Source of the DNA: Tubulanus polymorphus
Lineage: Eukaryota > Animalia > Nemertea
Direction: 5' to 3'
NCBI RefSeq assembly: GCF_964204645.1
Contig: NC_134025.1
Span: forward strand, 22,920,299-22,984,298
Length of the DNA: 64,000 nucleotides
Every line of letters begins with the position of its first letter. Position 1 is the first letter of the stretch. Positions 61,332 to 64,000 of this stretch are shown here, one piece after another. The notes below the pieces were generated by a model that did no database searches, was not told where the DNA came from, and worked only from the letters and a program-made list of their open reading frames with translations. The position numbers and the translations under genes were made by a program.

Positions 61332-63534
61332 TTAAACGTTGCATTCGAACGGTGCGCGGTAATAATGCTAGAGGTAGAAATGTCTGAAGGAAATACTGGA
61401 TAGTTATGTACAGAATATGCTAGAGATATAGTAGGAAAAAATGGCTTCACTTTAATCTAATTGATGACAGCAAGCTGGTGAAAAAAAACTTTTCTTATTC
61501 TTTTGTCATCCCGTGCCATATATGCCAAAACTAGGTGTCAAAAATAAAGGTGACAGAGATATGAACGAAACAAAAATATTGCATTGGAAAAATTAGAGAG
61601 GAAAAAGTCATAAACGCGCACCTGGTTGGAACTCAAAAACTGTAGACGGTAAAAAACTGGACATACGAGTAAAAAACTAGCTTATCATTTTGGCAAAATG
61701 TCTCGGAAATACGAGTGTTGGCAAGGAACGAGTTCCTGTAAAGGGAAACTGAGTTTCAAGAAAATCAACCAATACGAAACCATGATAGAAGTTGTAAGAT
61801 AACTTCTCCTTTTCAGCATCAAACTACTTTTCAACTTATTAGAAACTAATACAGTAAAATATGATATATTATCATATCTTAGAAGGCTTTTCCATTTCAT
61901 CAAATTAATCATGATCGTATATCATGCTGTATTTAAGTAATAAATGGGCATCTCCGTAGATTATTACGAATTTGATATACTTCGAACCGTTATTCATTAA
62001 CTATTTAATCATAGCAGCCGACTAATTGAATCGCTTCGTCATCCAATCAAATAGATGAGAGGGAAAATCCCTATTTCAAGTTTGAGAAGAAAAAAGGAAA
62101 CGTGGGACGATTGTCGGTTGGTAGCTGATGGATCTCTATGACTTTTGTCTGAAGTCATATAGAATACGATGCTAATCCCTCTAACCCATTTCTTCACATC
62201 AAAAGTATCCGAACGGCTTCGATTAATTCAATGCGACAGAAACGCGCGAATTAATCGATCACGCGGCTGTCAGAAAAATACTGATCAACAACTACCTCCG
62301 TCGTTGTTGCCAATTAGCAAAGATTACATTTGCTGAGCAATAATCGACGGTGCCTCGTAGTTTTGTTGAGTAGTTTTGTTGAATTGTTGAGTAGTTTTAA
62401 CTCGTCTTTCGCGGTGTAGTTATGCGGCAATTTCGATTTTGGCACCGTCACCTCGTCAACACCTCACGTATCATGGTTTACAGCATCGCTATTGTCAACG
62501 ATTCATGAAGACTTTATGATTTTTTTCTATTTTGTATAAGCCTAAGTTTAACCATTAACCATAAGCCTCATTCATCTACCAACTTTCGAAGTGGATATGG
62601 AATAATTGTAATCATCGCCGTTATGTATAAACCTAAGTTTAGAATAAGCCTCGTTCATCTAATTTTCCGACGTGCTGGAAACACCGTCGCGCCGGAAGAC
62701 GCATCAAACCGTCAAAATTAATTGCAGGTTCGTGCAATCTTGTAATTTATGATATCGCCGTTAAATTTCACGAACTAAAAGAAAGATGAAGCCTATAAGA
62801 GTTGTGGCAGCCGATGTCTCTTTTTTCTTTATAGCCGAGTTCAAATGAACGTTTGCACTTGACGGTGATGCATTTGCCGCTGGCTTAAAGCGTTGAACAG
62901 TTCCTTCCTCGCGCACAGTTGATTTCTGCTTGTAACGAGTCTTTAATTGGTATAGGGAAGAAAGTCTAACGTCAGGAGCTCTCGAGGGTAAGTTCAGGTC
63001 CATGAAAAGAAATTAAGTTACCACTTCCCCTGAGGGTTACAGCCACAGACATACATGTTTGAGCGGCTGCGAGGCGCGAATGCCGGGCACGAATGTTGTC
63101 AACGCGTCTGACAGAAGGAAAAATGACCCCAGAAATTCACAAGGACACTTCGCCAATGAACGGCAATGATATAGATGTCATCAAATCAAATTTTTACTAA
63201 ATCAACATATGAATTCAATATATTCAAAATTATTTTTAGTCAAATTCATATTCATAGATAAATGAATAGAGTTTTTGAATTTTTTCACAAATTGTCACTT
63301 TCTCTAAATATTTCGCTCAGATAGATTCTTTACGTATGGGTACACATACTCACCCGAGAATATAGCAGCGAATCCATTTTCATGCCTTTGACAATTGTAC
63401 GATATTGCATAAAATACAAAAGTATATGTATATACAATACACACTGGAATCATCAGTTCTCTAATATTATGTAGGGGTAGAACTGAAATATTTACAAAAA
63501 CGAATGTCGTGAGTTTGTTTTCGGCGACGACATT

Positions 63535-63807
63535 TTAGCTGGCGGTGCCATACGAGCCTCGCGATGGCCGACGATCGCCGTCAACACCGTTTGACCTTGA
63601 ACTGTTTTTGCCGCCGTCGTCGTTGGGCGTGAGGAGCGATGGTCGACGCGGATTCACCGGCGGTGGGGTCGAGTGTCGTCTGCCGTCGACGTTCGGATTG
63701 TCCGACTTGAACAGTTTCGATCGTTTACGTTGTTTCGACACTTGACTGGCGGATAAATGCGAGCCGTGGTGTTTGGATTTAAAACAAATGCTCAACAACG
63801 ATCCCAT
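63535..63807 (-). CDS. Uncharacterised 90-aa basic microprotein, predicted myristoylated/palmitoylated (paralog B)
   Basis: MGSLLSICFKSKHHGSH...; acceptor TTTACAG 10 nt before the ATG; GC-rich coding-like island; clear paralogy with 54714-54995. Confidence 0.82.
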   Translation of the reverse strand: MGSLLSICFKSKHHGSHLSASQVSKQRKRSKLFKSDNPNVDGRRHSTPPPVNPRRPSLLTPNDDGGKNSSRSNGVDGDRRPSRGSYGTAS

Positions 63808-63949
63808 CGTCTCGAATCTGTAAATAGAAGAGATGTTTTTTTTTCATAAATCTTACGTTTCGAAGCAGGGCATGTGATGCCATGTCAATAATGAAATATG
63901 TTCAATGAAATAATGGATGTATGGACAACTTTCATTGTTTTGTTCTTAC

Positions 63950-64000
63950 GTTTCGGGCAGAATCCTTCCAATAAAAGATGGGAAGGATTCTGCCCAAAAC
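63950..64000. repeat. 20-bp inverted repeat resembling a Penelope-type hammerhead palindrome
   Basis: GTTTCGGGCAGAATCCTTCC...GGAAGGATTCTGCCCAAAAC (19/20), truncated by the window end. Confidence 0.6.

Noticed and set aside
60774-61387. Four short ORFs
   Set aside because: They overlap the MITE at 60968-61331.
63700-63740. Resemblance of KQRKRSKLFKS to the PDE6-gamma polycationic region
   Set aside because: Short, low-complexity basic match with none of the PDE6-gamma C-terminal motif.

Overview
AT-rich, intron-rich animal genomic DNA, probably from a marine invertebrate (inference). It is not prokaryotic, and I found no CRISPR, rRNA or intact tRNA. Five multi-exon genes were reconstructed by hand from GT-AG junctions: a CDKL1-type kinase (+, 7764-16389), a CIROP/LMLN2-like leishmanolysin (M8) membrane metallopeptidase (-, 21083-27808), FIBP (+, 29711-33266), an RGS22-like protein (-, about 34717-47035) and an SLC16 monocarboxylate transporter (+, 48361-51406). 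The right end holds two tandem paralogous ~90-aa basic microprotein genes that I cannot assign to any family. Both have an N-terminal MGxxxSxC acylation motif and conserved RRxS motifs, and they are the best candidate for something undescribed. Non-coding DNA contains several MITE families, a SINE fragment, a near-perfect 251-bp inverted duplication, degenerate Penelope-type minimal hammerhead motifs, RFX X-box-like sites and candidate microexons. Family assignments come from recalled motifs, not database searches, and all splice models are predictions.
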